A stretch of 64,000 nt of DNA from Laetmonice hystrix (GCA_965235115.1 OZ249441.1:16244001-16308000); one strand, 5' to 3'. Shown: positions 11,931 to 25,969, counted from the first letter of the stretch. The notes: generated by a model from the letters alone, not told the origin. Program-made: numbers and translations.

Positions 11931-14900
11931 TCATAACAAAAGGACGAAACCCCCGGATAAGTTTATTATCATTATCAGGGAGAGTCTGTCTATAAATACC
12001 GGATTGGATGAAGAAGATGACCTTGACCGGTCCGGTCGGTGACGGCAAGGTCTGGTAACAGCTCCGGTATAACACAGTCATTGCCGCCTCGAGTCTGGTC
12101 CACTAATGAGACCTACAGGAGTCTTGCTATCACAGCTCTTCCTCCTCACCTACCTCTCTCTACTCGCCCAACTCTCTTACCCTTTAAATCAATAACCCAG
12201 CAATAGTCTTTTATCCTCACATAGATTCTACTGGACACCATTTCAAAATCTTCAGATAAAGTCAGTTCCGGTGTTCTTGTCTGTTTGTTTGCTTGTTGCA
12301 TTGTGGCAGTACCGAGTAGTAGCGCTCTTAAAAAGATCACATGTAAAAAGCTGACAGCAATTCTAAAGTTCTTTGAACCACACTCGAGGGCCAAGGGTAA
12401 TATCTATTGTACCATACACTCTATATGTTTCAATGACTATGCATTCTCACTGGATTCCGTATCTGTGTGTAATTGAAAAAATGTGGAAACTCGCCAAAAG
12501 ATAACGGTGATCATGTGGGATAAAAATGTGGAATGTGGCCAAATGTTAGCAAGAGCCGCAATACAGCAACATGTGCAGCAACTCGCAGGTGTTCGACCCT
12601 TGGCAGCCTTTCCACGTTTAGATTTTTAATTTACATTTACTCACTACTAAAAGCAGTTTGTAAATTACAAAAACCAACATCAAACACGTGCTGAAAAAGA
12701 TTAATTTGAGAAATCAATAAAAACAGATTGCTTGAATTCCGGGCAGTTCCGCAGAAGAGAGCTTCACATCTGAGAACAACCGATGCATCAACTAATGAAA
12801 ACGTCATCCAACATATTCACACCAAGCCACACGGCACTAAATGATTGGCTGAGAATACTGGCTAAAAGAAATACTTCCTCTCCATGGGAGAGTTATATAG
12901 CATATCTTGATATTTTCTCACCAAACTGAACAATAACAGGGACACGCTGCTGCCAATAGATCATCTGAACATGAAATAACTCTATGAAAGCCCTAGGGAA
13001 AAAGGCATTGCCATCACAAGGCATTCATACAACATCATAATGATAATCCATTGAAAACTTGACCCATAGTCATGAAAAGAATGGGACATCCATCAAATTC
13101 ACACCCAGTGGGCAATGGGTTATGGTTCCTGTGTATGACAATGAGTAAAGCTGTTCGAGAGCCACTGTCCGCCATTCTCCCTCTCACAATGGGTTCCCGC
13201 CTACAGATATACCTGTCATACCCTACCTCCGGCTGTATATATATTATATACCCATGAATGGGTCTCTCAATCCATCATGGTACGAGCTAATATAACGTGT
13301 AGCGTGAGGCAGGTGGTTAGTAAGGACAAGGTTTGTTAGCCAGGAAACGGGCAACTATCAAGTCGGCAGTAATTGGCCATGAAGATCGGAGCGAGAAGTA
13401 TGGCTCCCAGAGGTAGCGGCGTATACCTTTGGTACACGGCCAGTAAACAGAACCAGGACCAAGATTCCATTTCCACAGTACTTCGTTACTTTGTGCAGTA
13501 TTTACATAATGTTTTTAGGACATGACCTGGCAAGTTGGACCCAGCAGAACATGCTGGACACCTCGGTGTAAGTCATAGTACTAAGGAATCGGTTTTAGAC
13601 ATTACACCAGCCACAGCCAAAACCAATCTCATATCCAACACACCTCCGCAGACATTCTAACTGCCTGTATTGTGGCTGTATACTATTGCTAAGTCTTGTT
13701 GCTGCTATTGGTGGTGAGATGTCATAGGTCTATGGCTAATGTCATCATCTATAATTACCTTCTTCAGGTCAATCAACCCGACACCTATAGTTACACTCTC
13801 CTCGTCTTGTTTTCACGTTCATATCAAATTGCCAGAATTGCACAAAAGAAATACATTGCCTGGTTTACAAAATATCAACTGCTACCAATTCCTAAATACC
13901 AAAAGGTCATTTCAATTCTTTCTCGTGTGTCACGTCTAAGAACGAGCCATTTCAATTCTAGTTGGAATGATGGTATTCGTGGATTTATCAGATACAGACG
14001 ACGCGCAAGATAAGCGCAATAAGACTCCGATAAAGTTAAACAATAGAGCGATCCCATTATAAATGTTGATAATATCACACATATAAATGGAGGCTATATT
14101 TCTGTGGCCAAGAGGAACCCCTCTATAACTGACCTTTATGTGACTTAGATAACACCTAGGACTATTAGCATATAAGCTGCTTATCAAAGATTACCCAGCT
14201 GTTTTGCAACTCGTCCATTACTACATGAAGAGCCATCCATGACAGGTCTTACATATATCTAAGTTCACGATCAGCACTAAAATATAACCAAGGATATTTT
14301 CAGGCCTCGTCGATCCGGAATCACAGGTAGTAAGTACAGGGTATAAAGGCTGACCTGTTGGTGTGAGATTTTTATTTTCGAAACGTATAAAATACCATGT
14401 CGAATCTCGAGTGAGAGAACTATGACGTCAGGCAGCTAAAATAGCCAATTAATTTCTACGTCAGCAATGCGATAATCCCTTACAAACTGCTGTCAACCGG
14501 ATTTCTTCCCGGCTCTCGCGACTCAAGCCGATTGAGGTGGCTTTTGTTTGCTTCAACCACAGCCCCACGGGACAGGTGCTGGTTGGGGCTGGCCGCCATG
14601 TTGTATAGTGGCTTAAGTTGGTTTTCACCACTAAGGCCTGGCAGAGATGTCAATCAGACTGGCCATCACTGTCAGTGTCAGCCCAGTCAGCCACCAACAA
14701 CCCTCGACCCCAGCTGGTCTAACATCTACTTTGGCTGTTTGACTGAGTCCGCCAATCCTGCACACGGTGAACTAATTGTACAACTACACATTTACCCCAT
14801 TAGAGATGTTTATGCCTGTAGGATATGTTGAAAATTAAGTCAGTTGCGTTGTGTTCTTATAATGCCTGGCTGTTCTCTTAAACAGGTGCCACCGACGGCA

Positions 14901-15055
14901 GATCAACACGGCATGGTCTTCGATTGATGCTACAATATTTCAAACCAAGCTGCTGATAACCCTATGTTACTTCACAATATTAGGTCTGTCCGTGTCATCA
15001 CTTCACCTACCATGCCCTGAGACAGGATGGCCTTGGGAAGGTTGTATCAAAGACT

Positions 15056-16704
15056 GGCACACAGACACCAAGGTATTGTAGATGTTGAGGCCATGGCACA
15101 CAGACACCAAGGTATTGTAGATGATGAGGCCATGGCACACAGACACCAAGTTCTATTGTAGATGATGAGGCCATGGCACACAGACACCAAGGTATTGTAG
15201 ATGATGAGGCCATGGCACACAGACACCAAGGTATTGTAGATGATGAGGCCATGGCACACAGACACCAAGGTATTGTAGATGATGAGGCCATGGCACACAG
15301 ACACCAAGGTATTGTAGATGATGAAGCCATGGCACACAGACACCAAGGTCTATTGTAGATGATGAGGCCATGGCACACAGACACCAAGGTATATTGTAGA
15401 TGATGAGGCCATGGCACACAGACACCAAGGTATTGTAGATGATGAGGCCATGGCACACAGACACCAAGGTATATTGTAGATGATGAGGCCATGGCACACA
15501 GACACCAAAGTCTATTGTAGATGATGAGGCCATGGCACACAGACACCAAGGTCTATTGTAGATGATGAGGCCATGGCACACAGACACCAAGGTCTATTGT
15601 AGATGATGAGGCCATGGCACACAGACACCAAGGTATTGTAGATGATGAGGCCATGGCACACAGACACCAAGGTCTATTGTAGATGATGAGGCCATGGCAC
15701 ACAGACACCAAGGTCTATTGTAGATGATGAGGCCATGGCACACAGACACCAAGGTATATTGTAGATGATGAGGCCATGGCACACAGACACCAAGGTATAT
15801 TGTAGATGATGAGGCCATGGCACACAGACACCAAGGTATATTGTAGATGATGAGGCCATGGCACACAGACACCAAGGTCTATTGTAGATGATGAGGCCAT
15901 GGCACACAGACACCAAGGTATTGTAGATGATGAGGCCATGGCACACAGACACCAAGGTCTATTGTAGATGATGAGGCCATGGCACACAGACACCAAGGTA
16001 TTGTAGATGATGAGGCCATGGCACACAGACACCAAGGTATATTGTAGATGATGAGGCCATGGCACACAGACACCAAGGTCTATTGTAGATGATGAGGCCA
16101 TGGCACACAGACACCAAGGTATTGTAGATGATGAGGCCATGGCACACAGACACCAAGGTATATTGTAGATGATGAGGCCATGGTACACAGACACCAAGGT
16201 ATATTGTAGATGATGAGGCCATGGCACACAGACACCAAGGTATTGTAGATGATGAGGCCATGGCACACAGACACCAAGGTATATTGTAGATGATGAGGCC
16301 ATGGCACACAGACACCAAGGTATATTGTAGATGACGAGGCCATGGCACACAGACACCAAGGTATTGTAGATGATGAGGCCATGGCACACAGACACCAAGG
16401 TCTATTGTAGATGATGAGGCCATGGCACACAGACACCAAGGTCTATTGTAGATGATGAGGCCATGACACACAGACACCAAGGTATTGTAGATGATGAGGC
16501 CATGGCACACAGACACCAAGGTATATTGTAGATGATGAGGCCATGGCACACAGACACCAAGGTATATTGTAGATGATGAGGCCATGGCACACAGACACCA
16601 AGGTCTATTGTAGATGATGAGGCCATGACACACAGACACCAAGGTATTGTAGATGATGAGGCCAAGGCACACAGACACCAAGGTCTATTGTAGATGAGGC
16701 CATG
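15056..16704. repeat. Minisatellite, 39/41-bp units, about 41 copies
   Basis: Unit ggcacacagacaccaaggt[at|ct|-]attgtagatgatgaggccat. Confidence 0.98.
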
Positions 16705-17184
16705 GACACAACCACGTGTTGTCAAAAAAACCTATATATTTAAACCTAGAAATGCCCGATTTGTAAACACCCGCCCCTACAGGCCGAGATGGCGTGCGTG
16801 CCCCGATTACGATCGGTACCAGATCTAGTGTCACTGGTGTGGTGGGTGACAGGTCGGGCATGAGGGACATAATCAATGTCACCGATAACATGTGGTGTAT
16901 AGATCTTCTCACGCACTCCAAGTCGGATCCATGCACCGGCTCACACCATTTACCATCAATCAGAATGGCAATACTTCTAGCATAATAATTATGTAACGTG
17001 ATGAATAACGCATTGTCATTCCACAAGCATTAAAATACAATGAGGAGAAACTGCATATTGTGAACTGGATAAAACTATATCATCTTTTTTTTTGTACCAG
17101 TCAATCTCGTACAGTGACAGTGTGTGTGCCGCTGGTGTAGCGACTTCATCAGCTGCACCGTCATGCTGGGCTTTAAGCCTTAAA

Positions 17185-18057
17185 TACGGGCTGCTGTGGT
17201 AACTACTTCACCATCACCGTCAGACTGGCCCGCCAGCCTTTATACGGGCTGCGGCTGTACTGTTTATGTTACACCAACACCGTCAGACTGGCCCGCCAGC
17301 CTTTATACGGGCTGCTGCTGTACTGTTCATGTTACACCAACACCGTCAGACTGGCCCGCCAGCCTTTATACGGGCTGCTGCTGTACTGTCTATGTAACAC
17401 CAACACCGTCAGACTGGCCCGCCAGCCTTTATACGGGCTGCTGCTGTACTGTTCATGTTACACCAACACCGTCAGACTGGCCCGCCAGCCTTTATACGGG
17501 CTGCTGCTGTACTGTCTATGTAACACCAACACCGTCAGACTGGCCCGCCAGCCTTTATACGGGCTGCTGCTGTACTGTTCATGTTACACCAACACCGTCA
17601 GACTGGCCCGCCAGCCTTTATACGGGCTGCTGCTGTACTGTTCATGTAACACCAACACCGTCAGACTGGCCCGCCAGCCTTTATACGGGCAGCTGCTGTA
17701 CTGTCTATGTAACACCAACACCGTCAGACTGGCCCGCCAGCCTTTATACGGGCTGCTGCTGTACTGTTCATGTTACACCAACACCGTCAGACTGGCCCGC
17801 CAGCCTTTATACGGGCTGCTGCTGTACGTGCATGTAACACCAACACCGTCAGACTGGCCCGCCAGCCTTTATACGGGCTGCTGCTGTACTGTTCATGTAA
17901 CACCAACACCGTCAGACTGGCCCGCCAGCCTTTATACGGGCTGTTGCTGTACTGTTCATGTAACACCAACACCGCCAGACTGGCCCGCCAGCCTTTATAC
18001 GGGCTGCTGCTGTAACTACTTCACCAGCACCACCAGGCTGCCCGCCAGTCTTTATCC
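17185..18057. repeat. Minisatellite, 63-bp unit, about 13 copies
   Basis: Unit acaccaacaccgtcagactggcccgccagcctttatacgggctgctgctgtactgttcatgt(t/a). Confidence 0.97.
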
Positions 18058-20049
18058 GGCGCCATTACAAATTTCCCTCCTTGCTGATTGATCACCATAT
18101 TTTGTAATGGAAACGCGCTGCCGACACTGAAACTTTACCTTGCCTGGCCTTTACGAAGCGCTGAATTTTGACCTGAACCGCTCCGAGTTTGCATAGGTCA
18201 CATGATCAGTCAACTGCTCATCATGGCCCAGATACCACATGCTGATGGCTGTGAATTGTTCCGAAGGTCTGATTTCCTCCTGGGACCGTGTTATACTTAT
18301 CCGGATACGAGATGCTGATTGGATCGTCGTGCACGGACCAAACAAGCTGGCTCATGGTGGCTCCCTCTGATGGACAAAGTTGCATTCACCATCCAATCTC
18401 AGTATGGATACTGGCAGTCTGATACACTTGATTCTTACCAATACGAACAAGCATATAGATAATTAAATTGGATTATATAAAGCACTGACATTATCCGAAA
18501 CATTTTCTCTTGTAAGTAGTTGGAACACATTACTAAATCGTAATAATCCAAACAATATCACATGATACGTTATGGTTTTAAGGATGTCATACGTTTAACA
18601 CAAATCATACGAAGAATGAAATAAATATAATTAATTTAGAGAATATTACCTCTAGTGATTTATTTTGGATACAATAATATTTCATAATCCCATAATGATA
18701 AATTCAACAGAAGCTTCCCGGCGACAGGGGCGTATTTTCCAAGTACATGAGCTTCAGCGCTTATATTATCAGTTAGGGATCATAGAAATAACAAAGTAAC
18801 TGGCATGGCATGATATCATCATGGATCAGCGTGACGTCTTCGTTAAATGGGGGAAGAGACGCCACCTGCTAACAGTTATTTGCCGCCTACTTATATTCTT
18901 TATGAATGGAAATCTGCATATATCTAACTCTGATTGATGCGATATAATTAATACTATCAGCGTTCGACTTTAAATTACCGATCCTAATTGCTCTAATTCA
19001 CTGCCATGTGTGATAACACTTTACGTGCGAATATCAGACAATCGGTTTAGAATTTGTTCTGGATGAATACAATGCATAATTTTAGAAAAATACTTATTAC
19101 TCTATAATATTTCCACATGTGCGTGTGTGAATGGTCGGCCTTGCCGGGGCGGTGGAAGGATTTGTTGCCTGAGACCGGCATCGTCACAGGCTCACAGCGT
19201 GCCTCATTAGTTCCCTTGACAACACCTCCCATTACTGACAGCACGCGAAAATGTGTGAAATCATGGAAAACTAACCCAAAATCATGCACAAGGCCTGCGC
19301 CCGTACATGTTTACTCCATACAAATACAAAATATACTTTATACTCATCATATTCCTGTTTTCAAACAAGATCTTAGTAGTGTCACCTCACTGTTCGAAGG
19401 TGTATTCTGAATTTATAATATAAATGTACATATGCCAGTAACGCTGAATAGCATACTGATACATGATAGCACCCCTGCAAGTTAGCGATTGTTGTCAAAC
19501 GCACCCAAGCTGCCAGAAGTACGTTTGACAACGATTGTTAACTTGTGCGTTAAATTCCCCATTCAGGTTGTGAAACGCCCCCCCCCCCCATACAGTATAG
19601 GGAAACAGGGAGCGACATCTTGGAACAAGTTCCACGTCCTATTGTATGAGAATGTTCCGATGCCGGATGAGAGAACGATATCATCAATACAGGTACTGAC
19701 GTCTTCTAAGATTCCAATGCCTTTACCCCAGAACAAACCCACCGCACAGTTAGCTGTACTTGCGCTTTACTATTGTTGTCCATTAGCTAACTCTATACCC
19801 CCTAAAGATCAAAGTTGTGTTACAATGTGCACATTGAGACAGTCTGTCTGGTACTACGTATGCATGGCGAACGAAATAATCTACTACTTACGAAATGGGG
19901 GCAATGGAGCCATCATATGCAAGGCAAATCTAGCGGATGATAACTGCAACACGGCCCCCGCCGCCTCACACCACTATAACGATCGGGATCAATGCGCAGC
20001 GCTATGTTCTCATCTTGATTCGGTTAATTAGACTGCCGGTTGGCCCGGC

Positions 20050-21060
20050 TGTCGACACACCCGTCCTGAATGTACCACGCTCTCCGCCGACTCTGTTACC
20101 ATGAACCACCCAGGGTGGTAAAACTCACCGCCAGGTTGATGATGACACCACCCGTTCCACGCCTCATGTCATCCCTTACCGCGGAAACCCTTTCATACAG
20201 CCTGTTGAGTTCACTTATGATCATGTCTATGCAAATATAACCAAATCGTATTCTCTAGTGCCCACTGGGAAAAAAACGGTTGTTAAGATCGGCACATTTT
20301 CTCCCTCAGTCTCCAAGTCTCCAAGGTACCATATACAATAGCAGTTCACGGGTTACCCCTGTAGACAGATGGCTTCATGAAACTGTGCCCGGCATTGTGC
20401 TATCCCATTTGGCCCGGTGTTTAACTATCCCATTTGGCCCGGTTTTTAACTATCCCATTTGGCCCGGTGTTTAACTGTCATCCATCCCTTCAAAGGATCA
20501 TCAAGAGTATGAGTATTCATGTGACCTACAGAGACACTGATGCCCCGCGAACACATGCGGTAGCAATCTTTATAGACTACCAGAAAGCCTTCAATCATCT
20601 TGATCAGAACACCATCATTCAAAAGCTGTCCGTCCTAAGAGTGTCATCAGTGCTCATTGATGAAATGCTTAGTCTCGTCATGGGCGGAAGCACCGAGTCA
20701 ATACTGGGCCATCAGTATTCTCAGCCAGCCCCACAATAAATGGTAGCATCCCCCAAGGGGCAGAATTGGAGCCTGCGCACTCCTCATCGTGATGTACCAG
20801 TGTGATGACCCACAACGAGACCCCACAGCACAAGTCTGGGTGACTGAAGACCCTTGTTGTGACCCTTATAGAACCTCGGATTTCACTTGTGTCACGGGTG
20901 CCCTTCTCCCACTTTCTGGACTTTAATCGATCATCAATGTGGTAGAAAACCTTCATTTTCAATCCAACTCACCATTTAGGATGACCCAACGGCCAAGTCC
21001 ATCTCTAAGCATATTGACTTTAAATCACGATTTCACAGCAATCGATTGAATAAAAATAGC
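20050..21060 (+). mobile_element. Decayed non-LTR retrotransposon (CR1/L2-group-like) reverse transcriptase
   Basis: AVAIFIDYQKAFNHLDQNTIIQKL (RT motif D..KAFD) followed, after a frameshift, by INGSIPQGAELEP (G.PQG..LGP motif). Confidence 0.75.
20401..20476. repeat. 25-bp triplication inside the LINE remnant
   Basis: tatcccatttggcccggtgtttaac x3. Confidence 0.9.
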
Positions 21061-22908
21061 TAGATCAGATGAAGATGCCAAATGTAGGTGCCCTTTTCCC
21101 GTACCACGAAATTCTCATTCAAATTCAGCCAGCTTAGAGTACCATTCTCAGAGGACAAATCACTCAGATATTCAATCTCCCTTTAGATACCTGAAATGGG
21201 CAAGTTGAACCTTTTGGATTTAAAGGATTATCGACCTGTTGCCGCGCGATTCCCCTCAGCAAGGCCCCATTTGATGGCGGCCACCAATTAACCAACTTTG
21301 TGGCGGGTATCTCTGCGAGGACTTTACCCGTGTTTTAGGTGATCAATTGGCCTAGCTACTGGTCTGGACAGGTAACTGTTCACCAGTGTACAATCATGGT
21401 ATATGCAGAGATGGAGCACACTGGTAACCACTTGCTACGACACTGACCCCGCCCCCTTCATATGTAGTGCAGTGTGGTTCCCTATTGGAATTCCGGCTAC
21501 CTACGGCCGTTGTCTATAACGTATGTGAACAGTGCAGTGAATATTGACAGCATGCAGCGAGCGGGATTAGAACGAACCAATACATCATACAGTAGAACCA
21601 TGCAAATAGCACCCCCCCCCCTCCTCCTCCAACAATATGGCTCATAGCAGCCGGTCTTCCACCTTTCCTTATACTTTGTTGTGAATGCAAATAAGCTATA
21701 ATCAAACAAATAATCTCTGGACCGATTTACGTATACCTGTGGGTTTATTCGGGCCTCCGTGTGGTGTTTTATGTATCCATCAATGTCTACGCATGCGCAG
21801 CTATTGGTAGTTTCCGGCTTGTGAAAACCACGCCCTTCAACTCGGAGAGAGGAGCATACCGAATTCATGGGAGAAAAAAACAGAAGAGTCTAAAAATGGC
21901 GGCAACTCGTTCATCTGTCTCGAATAAAAGCACATTGTGAATGGTATTGGGAGAACAGTCCCACAATGCCCTTCATCATCACCCCGGCCGAGACCGAGGT
22001 GACGAGGTCAGACATGGGTAGGCTGTCAGCGTTTATTACAAAACCACTGCCAGGCTAGACCAACCTAATTCCTATTCACCTCCATACCTCCTTGAGGTCT
22101 TTTGAAAGTTTGCTTAAGTCGACAAGAAGAGAACCTACAGCTGGTGCTAGGCTGATTTGTAGTGTCTTCATCGTCCCGTCAGAAACACATTTGGGAGACC
22201 GAGAAATGGCACAGGATGCCCGCGGTGCCATTTTTATGTCTGCCCGTCGTGAATATTGGTGGTGTTGCACATTCTCTATGGTTGGCTGGAAGGTCTTAGC
22301 AGTAACCATCAAGGCGTAATAAATGATGTGACAGGCATGGATGGGGAAGGGAGGACGGTTGGGGGGGTTGGTACTGGGTTTTACCATCTCAGACAGGTGG
22401 CCACCCCCTAACCCACACCCAGACCACTGCCACTATGACCTGGATATAGCCAGCAGTCACCATAACAATTTCTTGGGCTCAGTCAGACGACGGGCCAGCA
22501 CATGGCGGCCTGAATGACGACACATCAAACACAATCCAGGCAGCGCGGGCCAATTCCACAGCCATTGGGGATCCTTGGTAGCTGCAGGCTGAGCATACAT
22601 TGTTAGGGCTCAGTAAATTTACCCAGAACTTCGCCTCTAGATGGCCATAACCACGCCTGCATTCCGAACAGATGAAAGTCGGTGGCGAGGGATAGAGCAA
22701 AACCCAGACAGCAGCACACCCATCAACATCCCGACACCATTTTCATCTCGTCAAAGCCTGCAAGGGAGCACACTCCTACCTTTCTATCGTGTCTGACCAT
22801 AAATTAGAACTGAGAGCCCAGCCGACAGTCGGCGTTATTCTGTAATACAGGACAAGTTAGGACAGTGGAGCCCAGTACCCTATCTCTCAGCTAGTCAAGA
22901 TGCGTGCA

Positions 22909-23180
22909 TGAGTGAGTGAGTGAGTGAGTGAGCGAGCGAGCGAGCGAGCGAGCGAGCGAGCGAGTGAGTGAGTCAGTCAGTCAGTCAGTCAGTCTTTCAG
23001 CTATATCAGGGCGAGAATGGGGGCGCGCACCGGGGCGAACCCCTACTCTTTTCGACAGATGCCAAGGGATCTTTAACGTGCCCCTCTACATAGACGTATC
23101 GTGACACAGCCGGTCGTTGATAAAGCAGAACCCTTGGATAAAGATCCCGCGCTCTAACCAGTGCGCCACCCCGGACCCCC
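22909..23180 (-). mobile_element. tRNA-derived SINE with compound tetranucleotide tail; B-box region appears deleted
   Basis: Minus-strand head ggggtccggggTGGCGCACTGGTTAGAGCG has an A-box-like motif. The central gcacgttaaagatccc...tcgaaaagagtaggg block resembles conserved invertebrate SINE cores (Meta-domain-like, from memory). The 3' tail is (actg)n(actc)n(gctc)n(actc)n. Confidence 0.75.
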
Positions 23181-23719
23181 ACACAGGGCTAGTTGCATGA
23201 CTCTCCGTTTTTTACATTTCCCATTTATTATAATGGGAGTTTTACCAATAAAAGGGCAGGCAACTGACCCATGTCAGGTCGAGAAGGGTCCGCAATGAGT
23301 ATGAGTACGACATAGAAACACTGGCCTCACATTTACAAGCCTCTCTGTACGATATTTACGACGATATTCGGTTTACTGGAACTGGTAGAACACAACAGAC
23401 GGACAGGCAAATCGCCTGTAGATGATCAGACGTAGCTGTAATCTCAGTTTGAAAAACTCGAATTGACTGCGATATTTTAGGTTGCAGCTGTCTCGACATT
23501 TAACACAAGACTGCAGTAAAATAACACCAATCTTCGACTGGTCTCTCCATCAACAACGAGAGATTTGATTACTTCCCGTTATGAGTATTTTCCTCACATA
23601 CACTGTATTACAGAGCCGGCAACCTAGCTGTCCTGCAGCAGTAACCTGCAATAACTGCATCCCTGCAGGCCATCTCCCACCATTACAGGCCTCATTTCCA
23701 GCACCTAACATTGTATTGG

Positions 23720-23960
23720 TTCCTCTGTAATTCTATACATGGCCATGTGCCTGAAGAGCTGGTTGGTATTTCGAAGGGCCCTGACGAAGTCTATAGATCG
23801 AGGCATGGAATCAGCTGCCTTCACGCCTCTACTTTGCGCCGTAACACTACATCTTATTATCAGTCCAGTCATGTACTCGTCCTGCCGACCTGGCCAAACA
23901 ATCAACTAAACAGCCATGTACACCCAGACACTAACTCGTTCAGATGCCCTAAGTGTCAAC
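23720..23960 (-). mobile_element. Possible RTE-like LINE 3' remnant
   Basis: RSAGRVHDWTDNKM resembles the RTE C-terminal WAGHV.R..DNRW motif. Heavily decayed. Confidence 0.25.
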
Positions 23961-25969
23961 TGTTCAAGTTTTCTTCACCCTAATTCGAAGGGTCTGATGA
24001 AAAGAGCTTCCAATCATGACGAGTAGCTCTACTAGAACACCGCCGCGATATTTGAACCGTCGCCTCTCTATGGCCAGAATGTCCGACACCATCCTTTTTT
24101 TGCTTTCGGTAAAAAGGTAATAAAATGGACATTACTACAAATTGTTCTTTTTTCCCCTTCTTTTTGCTTCAAAATGAGATAAACATAAGAAACTGGCACT
24201 CGATAGAATCTCTTGTTGACTATCATTAAGAAACATGAGGATAACGGAAAATTTAGTAAGGCTAACGCAGGTCACACCAATATGTAAAGCAGAAGAGCAT
24301 ACAAATGTTGAAAACTGGTTACAGCCCCCTAAAGATCAATGGAGGACCCTCATGGCCTGGAGAAAATCATCCAAGATTGTAATTGTCCTTTAAGCCCTCC
24401 CTAAATCACACTATCCCGTCCGAACCAATGTCGAAAGTCAGATACAAATTCACTTGCCACTTACAGAAAGCTTCTGAAGCCCCGCGTCGCTCGGAGGTAT
24501 TTGGCTGAGTCGGTCATTTGATGGTACACAAGATACACCTGAGGGCGGCTGGAAAAGCTGCTTGCCCAGCCCGACCAACTGGATGGGTTCATTAACTAGA
24601 AGCTCGATTCATTGGACCTGCTGCATCTGTTGCTGGTTGGAATCCTTGTAGAAAGATTCTGATAACCCCTTGTGAAGCCAAATGAGAGTGGAGTGTGGGG
24701 GGGGGGGAGGAGGGGTACTAACATCATTGCAGCAGATATCTCATTTGTTTTGTAGGCCTAGACAGGTATCCATGTTTCGATATGATTATCGTAAATCTAT
24801 CATTATTTCAAAGATTTTTGTGTCAGCCTGAGAAGAGAAGAGTGCATTACGTGTGCACGCTTGTTTTATCTCCATGATAACGTTGTGAACGGCACACATA
24901 TAAATACCAATAGGGTCACAGTAACTGAACGGGTTGTAACCACCCCCTGTAGAGATAGGACCACCCACGACAGCTGGATATACTGAGGGCCCAATACGAC
25001 CTGGTGCAATATCTACTTCACATCAGTTACACATGTCTAGCAGCGTTAGAAATCAAGACAAGTGAGTTCAGTCTGAAACGGTTTGCTGGGCTGGCGCCGG
25101 TTTGAGGTTATAAACACGGTAACGATTCTACCATGGTGATCATCGATAACGTTTAGCAATGATAGAATACAGCGCCATCTAGGGAGGCTCTCACGTACCA
25201 ATCATGGGACCTGGGACCCACGTAATGAATACAACACTATTACTGATCATTCCGCACCTGCAATATGACTATCAACAAGAAGATAAAATTGAGCGGAAGT
25301 ATCAATTGTCAGTGAAATCTGAAGTAGAAAACCGTATAGTTCACTAGCTAATTGATTGGTCGTGCAGTGGGATTCATAATAGCTAACAGTTTCAATCACC
25401 ATATTCATTTCATTATGAACATGCGTTAGGCCAGATGAAAGGCGAAACCATGGCAAACACCAACAAAACAGAGCGTGCCTGTCCAAACTAAGTTACTGGT
25501 TAATGTTGTCTGGTTTGGACTTTGCCTGACCTTGCTTGGCCTGACCTCGACACCCCGCCAACCCTTACATTAGTCTCATGATGAGGTGAGTGAGCAATTT
25601 TCGGTGTAAGCTGTCCTCATCACCCGGCGGCACACCCACAACTGCCTTTCTCTTCTCCTGCTAATGCTCCTTGCAGCTGACCCTAATGATGTTAATGACG
25701 GAAAATAGATGTGTAACGATTGGCGTCTCCATCAGCATGTCCATTTGAGGTGGAGCGAGAGTGCTCCAGCCCAGACCGTATAGAAGGCACAAACAACGTG
25801 ATCATGAACTCGCCAATTCTCTTCACCACACGCCAACGGTAAAACCACCGCCACCCAATGCCACCCGATAATCAGAATTTATCCGTACAATTCTAAAGTC
25901 TGAAAATAACGCCGGCTCAGTAATTACATGAACTAGTTAGAACGAGCATGACGTCACATTACCGGTATA

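Noticed and set aside
17196-18091. Cys-rich repeat protein (TPTPSDWPASLYTGCCCTVH)n resembling a metallothionein or keratin-associated protein
   Set aside because: The unit length is a multiple of 3 by chance, the frame breaks at 17830, and there is no credible start or signal peptide.
23140-23180. Possible tRNA gene
   Set aside because: Only an A-box-like head is present, with no B-box or cloverleaf. It is part of a SINE.
24435-24550. Candidate next exon of the CUB gene (strong GTAAGT donor at about 24429-24434)
   Set aside because: The phase-compatible readings give either an early stop or a peptide with no CUB features.
25640-25710. LLLLMLLAADPNDVN resembling a signal peptide or 2A-like LINE motif
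   Set aside because: It lacks the DxExNPGP consensus, is on the opposite strand to the CUB exon, and ends in a stop.
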